Shown: positions 12,785 to 23,888 of the stretch, in pieces
Layout of the letters: each line of letters opens with the position of its first letter
How positions within the stretch are numbered: position 1 is the first letter of the stretch
Source of the DNA: Octopus vulgaris
Taxonomy: Eukaryota
Direction of reading: 5' to 3'
Assembly (NCBI GenBank): GCA_951406725.2
Contig: OX597816.1
Coordinates: 168,082,001-168,146,000 of the forward strand
DNA length: 64,000 bases
The notes under the pieces: model-generated
Seen by the model: only the letters and a program-made list of their open reading frames with translations
Told to the model about the DNA's origin: nothing
Databases searched by the model: none
Made by a program: the position numbers and the translations under genes

Positions 12785-13167
12785 GGAGGCGCAATGGCCC
12801 AGTGGTTAGGGCAGCGGACTCGCGGTCGTAGGATCATGGTTTCGATGCCCAGACCGGGCGTTGTGAGTGTTTATTGAGCGAAAACACCTAAAGCTCCACG
12901 AGGCTCCAGCAGGGGATGGTGGTGATCCCTGCTGTACTCTTTCGCCACAACTTTCTCTCACTCTTACTTCCTGTTTCTGTTGTACCTGTATTTCAAAGGG
13001 CTGGCCTTGTCACTCTCTGTGTCATGCTGAATATCCCCGAGAGCTACGTTAAGGGTGCACGTGTCTGTGGAGTGCTCAGCCACTTACACGTTAATTTCAC
13101 GAGCAGGCTGTTCCGTTTATTCGGATCAACCGGAACCCTCGTCATCGTAACTGACGGAGTGCTTCCA
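12785..13167 (+). mobile_element. SINE family B nested in mariner
   Basis: tRNA-like head GGAGGCGCAATGGCCCAGTGGTTAGGGC. Confidence 0.85.
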
Positions 13168-13351
13168 TATCCCATCTACATGGTACAACATTCCACCATG
13201 TAGAAGTGTGTATGAATGGATCAAGGAGTTTAAAAAATGACTGAACGAATGTGAAGCATAAAGAGGAAGCAGGACATTCCATCAATCTCCATCACAGGAA
13301 TAAAAATTCAACAAGCTCAAGAGATGGTTCTGGCAAACTGATGAGTGACTA

Positions 13352-13499
13352 TCTGTTTCTTTATTACCCACAAGGGGCTAAACATAGAGGGGACAAACAA
13401 GGACAGACAAACGGATTAAGTCGATTACATCGACCCCTGTGCGTAACTGGTACTTAATTTATTGACCCTGAAAGGATGAAAGGCAAAGTCGACCTCGGC
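13352..13499 (-). mobile_element. SINE family C 3' half nested in mariner
   Basis: Reverse complement of 17643-17788. Confidence 0.85.
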
Positions 13500-14374
13500 A
13501 TCAATGAGATGGCGTGTTCTCTACAAATTAGTCATGCTTCTGCATATGAAATCATTGACAACAAGCTTTGCTTCCATAAAGTCCAGGCAAGCATAGGTAC
13601 CTAAAGAGCTCACCAAAGTACATAAGTGCAATTGTGTGAGGATCTGTCAATGCTTACTTGATAGCTACAAGGATGAAGGCAAAGCCATTTTGGAGAGAAC
13701 AGTCACAGGGGATGAGACCTTGGTCCATCACTTTGAGCCAGAGTTCAAATGGCAGAATATGGAGTGGAAACACCTAAAATTGGCAGCAAAAAAAGAAATT
13801 CAAGACTCAACAATCCACTGAAAAAGTGTTGCTAACCATTTGGGGATTGCAGAAGTGCCTATATTGGAACATTGCCTGGAAAAGGGGTCTACAGTCACAA
13901 GGGTAGGTAGCAGTGAAATGCTGGTCACAAACTGAAACCAGTAATTTGTACCAAACACCAAGGTCTGTTGTCAAATCAAGTGTTATTGTTGCATGACAAT
14001 GCACGCCTACATACAGCAGTCTACACTGGCGAAACCAATGAAAAATTGGGTTTCAGGTTACTGGAACATCCTGCATACAGTCCAGATCTTGTATCTTCTG
14101 ATTATCACCTCTATGGTCTGATTAAACATCCTTTACAAGGTCATTGACTTGCTACAGATGAAGAAGTGTGAGAAGTGGTGCATAAATGGCTGTGTGACAA
14201 GCTGCAAACATTCTTCTCCAATGACATAAGCAAGTGGACCACAGGAAGAAGTGCAATGAAAAGCAAGGAGACTACGTCAAAAAAGGATGTACTGATCAAA
14301 CCCTGTCTTTTGTTTCAATAAATTACAGAAACAAGTGCATGTATAATTTTTTACTTACTCTTGTGTATATATAT

Positions 14375-14650
14375 ATCATCATCGTTTAACATCCGCTTTC
14401 CATGCTAGCATGGGTTGGACGGTTCGACCGGGATCTGGGAAGCCAGAAGGCTGCACCAGGCTCCAGTCTGATCTGGCAGTGTTTCTACAGCTGGATGCCC
14501 TTCCTAACGCCAACCACTCCATGAGTGTAGTGGGTGCTTTTTGCGTGCCATCGGCACGGAAGCCAGTCGAAGCGGCACTGGCATCAGCCACGTTCGCATG
14601 GTGCTTTTTATGTGCCACCGGCACAGGGATCACAACAACAATTTCAATTG
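14375..14650 (-). mobile_element. RTE 3'UTR-derived repeat (family D)
   Basis: (CAT)n then CGTTTAACATCCGCTTTCCATGCTAGC on the plus strand. Confidence 0.85.
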
Positions 14651-14683
<33 letters not shown>

Positions 14684-15444
14684 TATATGTAAGAAAGAAA
14701 GAGATACACATATACACATATGCATATTCTCTCTGGTAGGGATGAATTCATGTTGCAAGATTCCTGGTTTGAAACCATATGTTGAAACAGATATTCTTAT
14801 ATTTCAGGGTCGTCATTTTTTTTTTTTTTTTTTGTACAAAAGAAACACATGCACTATATATTCGTTCTTCACTTGTTTATTACTGTTCTTATTCTAACTC
14901 ATGTCCATTGTCTGAAAATGGATTTCAGATAAAATAAGACAGGAATAAACAAGTGAAAAACGAGTATATAGTGCGAGTGTATATTTGGAAAAATAAAAAA
15001 ATGTCCATCTCAAAGTATAACAATACACACACACACACACAAACAGGACAACTGGTTGTTGAGATATTAGGGGTTTTCTGGGTATAGATACCCAAAACGA
15101 TGCATAATGGGAAAATACTCCAAAAATAACTTAACCCTGAAAGGGAAGAAACTCTAACCTTTCGATTAGACATGGTAACTTGACAATGAAAAAATGAGTT
15201 GTTTATACAGTAAATATTTCTATTTTCGTTCTTTAAAAAGGAGCACTGCATCCTTCAAAACTTCCATGCTTCCTGAGATTCGCCAACACTACACTTAATT
15301 TTCTCCCCTCCATACACACGCAAGCATGTATCTGACTCATATACTGTTCACTTCCCAGACATTTGTACATTACTGCATATACTTTATACGCACTTTTGAC
15401 AAGCTGTGGTGTACCTGAGCACTGTATACAATAATTTCATTATA

Positions 15445-15505
<61 letters not shown>

Positions 15506-16337
15506 CACACAAGTGAGTGAACAAAGAAAAGAAATAGGCACTCAACACATTTAGTAGGGGTTACATGTATTATCATTTAAGACAGATTGACTTGGCTCCA
15601 TGCAACTTAAAGTTTTGCAGGCTTCTTGCGGAAACCTAGTTTGACAGGCTCAGGAATGGACAGGTGCAGAAAGTTCAAGATAGCAACCAGAAACTGGGCT
15701 GCTATTGGTCAAGGTGGGTCACATGATGTTATTAGAAGTGAGATCAACATTCCAGCAACATCAAATACACTAAAAAAGGAGAATTTCTCAGACTGTGTAG
15801 CTGAAGAGGAAGCTGGTGGTGTAATTTTCTCTAACCAGTCTTGGAAATGACTTACAGGACAACAAATCCATGGCCAATGGTGTGTGTGTGTGTGTGTGTG
15901 TACGTGTGTGTGTATGTGTGTGTGTGCATGTGCGTGTGTGTGTATGCGCATGTGTGTGTGTGTGCATGTGTGCGCGTGTGTGTGTGTGTGCGTGTGTGTG
16001 TGTGTGTGTATGTGTGTGTAAACAGAGATGAAGGTAGAAAGCTATAGAGGATGCATAAGCTTAGAAGATCAGCCTATGGTTTGCACTGGCATCAGTGGTT
16101 AGGTACCCCACCCTTGGTTATGGGACAATCAGTGTTGAGGCGCAATCAGTGTTAAGGTGACATAATTGGGTTACAGTGACCAGTGGTATGAAGTTCACCA
16201 GGTGGGTGTATATCTGATAGCAGCAATAAGATAGTTCGTATTTCCTGTTGGCAGACACTACAGGTTGTTGAAGAAGAGCTGGCAATTGCATGTACTGAGT
16301 GAATAAGGTGAGACCCTGTTGATGATATGTATATATA

Positions 16338-17185
16338 GGCGCAGGAGTTGCTGTGTGGTAAGAAGCTTGCTTACCAACCACATGGTTCCGGGTTCAGTCC
16401 CACTGCGTGGCATCTTGGGCAAGTGTCTTCTGCTATAGCCCCGGGCCGACCAATGCCTTGTGAGTGAATTTGGTAGACGGAAACTGAAAGAAGCCCGTCG
16501 TATATATGTATATATATATATGTGTGCGTGTATGTTTGTGTGTCTGTGTTTGTCCCCCTAGCATTGCTTGACAACCGATGCTGGTGTGTTTACGTCCCCG
16601 TCACTTAGCGGTTCGGCAAAAGAGACCGATAGAATAAGTACTGGGCTTACAAAGAATAAGTTCCGGGGTCGATTTGCTCAACTAAAGGCGGTGCTCCAGC
16701 ATGGCCGCAGTCAAATGACTGAAACAAGTAGAAGAGAGAAAAGAGTATATAGGTGCAGGTGCGGTTGTGTGGTATGAAGCTTGCTTCCCAACCACACAGT
16801 ACATACAGGTTCAGTCCCACTGTGTGGCACCTTGAGCAAGTGTCTTCAACTATAGCCTTGGGCTAACCAAAGCCTTGTGAGTGGATTTGGTAGATGGAAA
16901 CTGAAAGAAGCCTGTCATATATGTGTGTATTTGTATGTGCAAGTGTGTATGTATATATATATATATCTATGTGTGTGTGTCTTTGCGTCTGTGTTTGTAC
17001 CCCCATCATCACTTGACAACCAGTGTTGGTGTGTTTACATCCCCGTAACTTAGCAGTTGAGCAAAAGAGACCGATAGAATTATTACTAGGCTTTAAAAAA
17101 ATAAGTCCTGGGATAGATTTGTTTGACTAAAACCCTTCAAGGCAGTGCTCCAGCATGGCCACATCAAATGACTGAAACAAGTATT
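16338..17185 (+). mobile_element. Two tandem SINE family A copies (16338-16745, 16752-17185)
   Basis: Two full head-body-tail units in head-to-tail arrangement. Confidence 0.85.
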
Positions 17186-17557
17186 TACTTGTTTCAGTCA
17201 TTGTATGCACCCCAACAATCAGAATATATGGTCATACCACCTGACTGGCCCTCGTGCTGGTGGCTCGTAAAAGCACCCACTACACTCTCAGAGTGGTTGG
17301 CGTTAGGAAGGGCATCCAGCTGTAGAAACTCTGCCAGATCAAGATTGGAGTCTGGTGCAGCCATCTGGTTCACCAGCCTTCAGTCAAAATCGTCCAACCC
17401 ATGCTAGCATGGAAAGCAGACAGTAAACGATGATGATGATGATCATCATCATTGGTTCCTAGGGAACAGCTGTGTTTAGGTGGCATTATTCACTACTTGT
17501 CAATTCATTGAGAAGTAGAACATACCAGAACTGGATGAATGCCACCATATATTTCTG

Positions 17558-17788
17558 GGCGGCGAGCTGGCAGAAACGTTAGCACGCCGGGCGAAATGCG
17601 TTACCGTATTTCGTCTGCTGTTACGTTCCGAGTTCAAATTCCGCCGAGGTCGACTTTGCCTTTCATCCTTCCGGGGTCGATAAATTAAGTACCAGTTACG
17701 CACTGGAGTCGATGTAATCGACTTAATCCGTTTGTCTGTCCTTGTTTGTCTCCTCTGTGTTTAGCCCCTTGTGGGTAGTAAAGAAATA
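17558..17788 (+). mobile_element. SINE family C (central domain GCCTTTCATCCTTCCGGGGTCGATAAATTAAGTACC)
   Basis: A/B-box-like head (GAGTTCAAATTCC). Near-identical copy at 41197-41428, older copies at 26810 and 59276. Confidence 0.85.
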
Positions 17789-18170
17789 TATATTTCTGTA
17801 TGAATGGCATAAACCTCGAAGAAAAAAGTGAGGTGTAATTTTGAATGTTCCACCAGCAAAGAACTTTTGGGACTCTTTTAATAAAATTGTATATTTTCAC
17901 CTTCCAGTATATAATGATATATGTTTCTATAGAGCTTCATCAGCTGTCAAATCCCATTGTTTGATCTGTTTCCTTTAGATTATTCAAATAGTCATTGTGA
18001 ACATTGTGAACGCAGGAGTGGCTGTGTGGTAAGTAGCTTGTTTACCAACCACATGGTTCCGGGATCAGTCCCACTGCGTGGCACCTTGGGCAAGTGTCTT
18101 CTAGTAAAGCCTCGGGCCGACCAAAGCCTTGTGAGTGGATTTGGTAGACGGAAACTGAAAGAAGCCTGTC

Positions 18171-20689
18171 ATCATCATCATCATCATCATCGTTTAACGT
18201 CCGCTTTCCGCGCTAGCACGGGTTGGACGGTTTGACCGGGTCTGGGATGCCAGGGGCCGCTCCAGGCTCCAGTCTGAATCTGGCAGAGTTTCTACGGCTG
18301 GATGCCCTTCCTAACGCCAACCACTCCGTGAGTGGATTGGGTGCTTTTTACGTGCCACCTGCACAGGGGCCGGAGGGTCCGGCATCGTCACGATCGGATT
18401 CGAGCATTTTAACGTGTCAGCGGCACGGGGGCAACGAGGTCCGGGGTACTTTGGGGATCGGGGTATTTTGGGGATCCAGGGTACTTTGGGGATCCGGGGT
18501 ACTTTGGGGATCCGGGGTACTTAGAATGGGTAGGGGGGTACTTAGAATGGGTAGGGGGTATGTGGAATTGCTGCAGAAAGCAGCCCGGGTCTTTGTAGTC
18601 ACAGCATATCTCCAGAGATCTCGGTCCTTCGCCATTGCCTCAGTGAGGCCCAATGCTCTGAGGTCATGCTTGACCACCTCATCCCATGTCTTCCTGGGTC
18701 TACCTCTCCCCCTGATACCTTCAACTGTTTGGGAGTGGCACTTCTTCACACATCTCTCTTCATCCATCCGCAGCACATGACCATACCATCGCAAGCGTCG
18801 CTCTTGCACACCACATCTGATGCTTCTTATATCCAGCATTTCTCTCAGGATACTTACACTCTGTTTTGCGTGCACACTGACACTACACATCCAGCGGATC
18901 ATGCTAGCTTCATTTCTTTCAAGTCTACGCATGTCTTCTGCAGTCACAGCCCATGTTTCATTACCGTGAAGCATGGCAGTTCGCACACATGCATCATATA
19001 ATCTACCTTTTGCTCTGAGGGAGAGGCCTTTTGTTGCCAGTAGGGGTAGGAGCTTTCTGAACTTTGCCCAGGCTATTCGTATTCTAGTGGTGATACTCTC
19101 TGTGCATCCACCTCCGCTACTAACTTGGTCTCCCAGGTAGCGGAAACTATCAACTACTTCTAGTTTCTCTCCCTGGAGTGTGATGGAATCTGTTTTCTGA
19201 GTGTCTGTTGTGTCTATTGTCCCTGTGCATCTGCCGCACATGAAAGCTATCTTATCTGTTAATTTCCCTTTAATGTTGCTGCACCTCTTATGTGTCCATA
19301 ACTTACATTGGGTGCATCTTATGGAGTTTCTATCTGTACCTTTCCTACAGGTTGAGCAGGGCCACCTACCCGAGGGGATGTGTGTTGAGTACCTCTTGCT
19401 GCTTACTAATACTTTGGTCTTTGCTACATTTATTCTAAGGCCCTTTGATTCCAACCCTTGCTTCCATACCCGAAATTTCTCTTCTAGTTCCGGTAGTGAT
19501 TCTGCTATGAGAGCTAGGTCATCGGCATAGAGGAGCTCCCAGGGGCATCCCGTTTTGAATTCCTCTGTTATTGCTTGAAGGACTATGATGAACAAAAGGG
19601 GACTGAGGGCTGAGCCCTGGTGCACACCTACTTCTACTCGGAATTCTTCACTATATTCGTTGCCAATCCTAACCTTGCTAACAGCCTCTCTGTATAGAGC
19701 CTGTACAGCCCTTATTAGCCATTCTTCAATCTCCAGTTTCCGCATCGACCACCAGATAAGGGAACGGGGAACCCTGTCAAAGGCTTTCTCCAAGTCTACA
19801 AAAGCTATGTAGAGGGGTTTATCTTTAGCTAGGTACTTCTCCTGCAGTTGTCGGACCAGGAATATAGCATCAGTGGTGCTTCTACCTGGTACAAAACCGA
19901 ACTGCATTTCATCTAAACAAATTCTCTCCCTAATGAGATTGGTTATGACCTTCTCTGAGACCTTCATCACCTGGTCCAACAGTTTGATACCTCTGTAGTT
20001 ATTTCTATCTAGAGCATCACCCTTACCCTTGTAGCAGTTGACTATGGTACTGCTGCACCAGTCATTGGGTATGGCTCCATTGTGAACTACCTGGTTTACA
20101 ATGCGGGTGACTATGGCATGGCCCACATAGCCAGCTGTTTTAAGCATCTCAGCAGTGATTCCTGATAGGCCAGGGGCTTTGCCTGGTTTCATATCCTTAA
20201 TTGCCTTATCTACAAGGGAGCTGTCTATTCGGGTAGCTGGTCCCTCTACTGGGTCAACATTTGGCACACGCCGTGGGCAGGAACTGGTGTTAGCAGTGGA
20301 CATTTGTTATCGTCACTGAGTAACGTAATTAGGTAGAGGAAAGAAATACAGATATTCTAGAGTTGAGTTGGGGAGGGGGGTCCAGTTGAGGCGGGTAATA
20401 TAGGGGAGCAACCAGTGGGGAAGGTTGGGGTAAGGAGGAACGATGGCAGGAAGGGTTGGTGTAGGTTCCTAAGAAATAAAAACGTAGGATATTACGAGGC
20501 GGGAGGGTACTAAAAGGGGATGGTCGGATTGAGGCAGTGTCAGGAGGAAGCGTAAGATCGGTGGGCAGTTGATGAGCTATGGCGCTAGCAGCTTGTCTTA
20601 AGCATATGAGGAGAAGGGTACTAAAAGGGGATGGTCGGATTGCCGAGGCGGGAGGGTACTAAAAGGGGATGGTCGGATTGAGGCAGTGT
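18171..20689 (-). mobile_element. RTE-clade LINE, TSD-flanked, lacking the APE endonuclease
   Basis: TSD CCTGTC at 18165-18170 and 20690-20695, (ATG)n tail, pyrimidine-rich 5' region and a single RT ORF. Confidence 0.9.
18417..20303 (-). CDS. RTE reverse transcriptase (628 aa) with internal PHD-like Cys/His finger
   Basis: KAPG, NYRGIKLL, QFGF.PGRSTTDAIF, FVDLEKAFDRV, GVHQGSALSP, YADD, FRYLG, RLRWYGHV and GRGRPRKTW all lie in one open frame. Confidence 0.95.
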   Translation of the reverse strand: MSTANTSSCPRRVPNVDPVEGPATRIDSSLVDKAIKDMKPGKAPGLSGITAEMLKTAGYVGHAIVTRIVNQVVHNGAIPNDWCSSTIVNCYKGKGDALDRNNYRGIKLLDQVMKVSEKVITNLIRERICLDEMQFGFVPGRSTTDAIFLVRQLQEKYLAKDKPLYIAFVDLEKAFDRVPRSLIWWSMRKLEIEEWLIRAVQALYREAVSKVRIGNEYSEEFRVEVGVHQGSALSPLLFIIVLQAITEEFKTGCPWELLYADDLALIAESLPELEEKFRVWKQGLESKGLRINVAKTKVLVSSKRYSTHIPSGRWPCSTCRKGTDRNSIRCTQCKLWTHKRCSNIKGKLTDKIAFMCGRCTGTIDTTDTQKTDSITLQGEKLEVVDSFRYLGDQVSSGGGCTESITTRIRIAWAKFRKLLPLLATKGLSLRAKGRLYDACVRTAMLHGNETWAVTAEDMRRLERNEASMIRWMCSVSVHAKQSVSILREMLDIRSIRCGVQERRLRWYGHVLRMDEERCVKKCHSQTVEGIRGRGRPRKTWDEVVKHDLRALGLTEAMAKDRDLWRYAVTTKTRAAFCSNSTYPLPILSTPLPILSTPDPQSTPDPQSTLDPQNTPIPKVPRTSLPPCR

Positions 20690-20695
20690 CCTGTC

Positions 20696-20765
<70 letters not shown>

Positions 20766-21188
20766 GTCTGTGTTTGTCCCCCTAGCATTGCTTGACAACC
20801 GATGCTGGTGTGTTTATGTCCCCGTTACATAGCGGTTTGGCAAAAGAGACCGATAGAAAAAGTACTGGGCATACAAAAGAATAAGTCCCGGGGTCGATTG
20901 CTCGATTAAAGGCGGTGCTCCAGCATGGTCGCAGTCAAATGAGTGAAACAAGTAAAAGAGTAAGAGAATAAAAGAATGAAGCATTCCATGAGCCTGTTGT
21001 CTTATTTTCGTAGTAACTATTCCTTCATTCACTTGAGTTGCATCAGAACAGTTTGTGAATGATGTGAAGATGTGTTAATATGTTGGACATTTCTTTCCTT
21101 TCTGTATAAATGATTTCATGCCTGGCATTGTCTCCTCCTTCTACGTCTAAAAATAGATGACCTCATTGGCATCAATTTTGTCAAAACT

Positions 21189-21525
21189 TGTATGTATGTA
21201 TGTATGTATGTATGTATGTATGTATGTATGTATGTGTGTGTGTGTATGTGTGTGTGTATGTATGTATATATGTATGTATGTATGAAATGTATGTATGTAT
21301 TATGTATGTGTGTATGTATGTATGTATGTATGTAAGTATGTATGTATGTATGTATGTATGTATGTATGTGTGTGTGTACGTATGTATGTATGTGTGTGTA
21401 TGTATGTATGTGCGTATGTGTGTGTATGTATGTATATATATATATATATATGTATGCATGTATGTATATGTGTGTGTGTGTGTGTATGCATGTATGTATA
21501 TGCATGTATGTACATATGTGTGTAT
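21189..21525. repeat. (TATG)n/(TG)n compound microsatellite
   Basis: Direct reading of the sequence. Confidence 0.95.
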
Positions 21526-21532
21526 AATGTAT

Positions 21533-21950
21533 AAGGTGGGAGAAGAGAGAGAAGTTTTGTCAAGCGAATGCTTCAATATATGATGGGTGAATGTAGCAAG
21601 GATGGCACGTGTGAATTTCAGAGCCACCTTGAGCATAATCCTATGAACCAGAAAAACAAAGGAAAAAGAAAGTTACTAACTGTAAATTTGTTATTGTGTG
21701 ATATTATTGCCCGGGGTTACCGTGGTCTTTGCATGGGTTTTTCTTTCCACGGATAAGTCTTTCCACTTTTGGGAACTACGTGTTTTCTTTTAGTACTATT
21801 TTGACTTTTGTATATCCCAAATCATTTCGATCCCTTTTGATCGTTGTCCCTATTTTAATTTTGTTTTGTTTTCGCCCCCTCCCCTCAAAAAGAAAAACTC
21901 TACATTGTATTTGTCCCCTCTATGTTCAGCCCTGTGTGGCCAATAAAGTA
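21533..21950 (+). mobile_element. 3' end of a LINE (L1/Tx1-like ORF2 C-terminus plus 3'UTR)
   Basis: EREVLSSECFNI*WVNVARMARV, then a T-rich UTR ending TTTGTCCCCTCTATGTTCAGCCCTGTGTGGCCAATAAAG. Confidence 0.5.
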
Positions 21951-21980
21951 AGTTATCTGACTATCTATCTCTCTATCTAT

Positions 21981-22020
<40 letters not shown>

Positions 22021-22389
22021 ACCTACCTACCTATCAACCTATCTATCTACCATCTATGTATGTATGTATCTATCTATCTATCAGTTTTTTGTCCACGGTG
22101 ATATCAAAAAATACCACCAAAAACAGTACTGCCAACACCAACACCACTACTTCAAATGGTACAACTAACACCTCTACTACCAACACAACCACTACCAAGG
22201 CCACCACTACTAAGGACAAAACAAATTTCGCTGAAGCGATAAAACAAAAGAGAACAATTGTCAAATCCACTGCCCAACAAATAAACGACACAAAAGCCCT
22301 TCAAATAACATGAGTTCATGGCTGTTTCCTGCACCAGCTTCACATAGCAACCCCAGCCCATCCAAAATATCTTGGATCGCAGAACGGCC

Positions 22390-22760
22390 TGCTGTGCTTG
22401 AGGAGACCTATTGAGTCAAGTACATCAACATCAAAATAAAAATCAAATGAAAATTGTAGCTGTGATAACCTTGCTGATGGCACGTAAAAAGCACCATCCA
22501 AACGTGACCATTGCCAGCGCTGCCTTAACTGGCTTCCTTGCCGTTGGCATGTAAAAAGCACCAACCAATCGTGGCCATTGCCAGCCTTCCCTGGCACCTG
22601 TGCCGGTGGTACGTAAAAAGTACCCACTACACCAGCTGTAGAAACACTGCCAGATCAGACTGGAGCCTGGTGCAGCCTCCTGGCTTCCCAGACCCCGGTT
22701 GAACTGTCCAACCCATGCTAGCATGGAAAATGGATGTTAAACAATGATGATGATGATGAT
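22390..22760 (+). mobile_element. RTE 3'UTR-derived repeat (family D) with (GAT)n tail
   Basis: Hairpin modules and the family D terminus. Confidence 0.85.
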
Positions 22761-22795
22761 GTATATATATATATATATATATATGTATATGTAAG

Positions 22796-22837
<42 letters not shown>

Positions 22838-22908
22838 TATATATATATACACACACACACACACATATATATATATACACATATATCTATATACATATAC
22901 ATATATAC

Positions 22909-22940
<32 letters not shown>

Positions 22941-22959
22941 TTAGATATACATATATATA

Positions 22960-23822
22960 ACTTAGAATAACCTAGAAAGGTTTTGGCCAGTATTGGCCCA
23001 GGCCATGTCTAACTTAATAGCACCACCTGGTGAAGTCTTTCAATTCAGGATTTGGGCACCAAAGCCCATTCAAGCAGAGAGTTATTGTTTGCGGAGACAT
23101 ATCCGGGTGTGGGTGGTTTGTCTGGGACTGTTTGAAGGAATTTGTCCAAAGACTTCTTGAATTTTGTGTGTTCTTTTTTGACGTGTCCTGGTGTAATGTT
23201 GAAGAGAGCGGGTCCAATTGAGGTGAAATAGTTGTGCCGTATTGTCGTTATGTGATGCGATTTAGATTTTTGCTGTGGACGGATGGCACGTGGTCCAAGC
23301 CTTGGATGTATTTTGAAGGTGATGCCAACATCATTCGGACAGTGCTGATGGAAAATATTCCACATCATACAGATAATGTAGCGTTCATGTCGTCGTTGGA
23401 GTGAATACAGTTTCAGCTTCTCTAGTCTACCCCAGTAGTCAAGGTCTGACATGCCATCTATCTTTTTTGTGATTGACCTTTGGGGAGCTTCAATTCTCAT
23501 AATATTTTGTTTTGTGTAGGGAGACCACAGTGGACAGCAGTATTCAAGGTGGGGTCGGGCAAAAGTGGAGAAGAGAAGGATAATAGTGTGGGAATCTCTC
23601 GACTGGAAGGTTCTGAGAATCCAGGAACACATTCTGCGGGCCATGTCAACTTTGCTGCTTATATGTGTAGCCCAGCTTATGTTGTTGTCCACTGTTACTC
23701 CCAAGTCTCTGATGTTGTTGGATGCCATGAGAATTTCTCCAGAAGGAAGGGAGTATGGGAGTTTCAGAGCATCCTCCCTTCCAAAGTGGATCAGTTCGAA
23801 TTTGTCTTCGTTTAGCAACATT
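22960..23822 (-). mobile_element. 5'-truncated CR1-group LINE (ORF2 C-terminus)
   Basis: RDLGVTVD..ISW..HI, RPHLEYCCPLWSP and Y..RL..LKLYSLQRR.ER motifs in ORF 23045-23836. Confidence 0.9.
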
Positions 23823-23847
23823 TTATTCACATACATATATACATATA

Positions 23848-23885
<38 letters not shown>

Positions 23886-23888
<3 letters not shown>

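Larger units (their letters stand above)
12510..14363 (+). mobile_element. Decayed mariner (DD34D) transposon with two nested SINEs
   Basis: Degenerate TIRs (AAGTCAAAAATTAT..GCACT). Motifs FLWSKGVSQAE, VTGDETLVHHFEPE, LHDNARLH and HPAYSPDL..SDYHL, with frameshifts. Confidence 0.88.
18011..20975 (+). mobile_element. SINE family A split by the RTE insertion (halves 18011-18170 and 20690-20975)
   Basis: The consensus GAAGCCyGTC|GTATATA is interrupted exactly at the LINE. Confidence 0.85.

Noticed and set aside
17905-17950. Minus-strand CTGATGA...GAAAC hammerhead-like string
   Set aside because: Stems I and II cannot form convincingly; at best a heavily decayed remnant.
18223-19812. Plus-strand ORFs of 75-185 aa
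   Set aside because: Antisense shadows of the RTE RT ORF.
21729-22313. 194-aa mucin-like ORF
   Set aside because: A chimera of LINE UTR, microsatellite and a Thr-rich repeat fragment, with no splice or domain support as a host gene.
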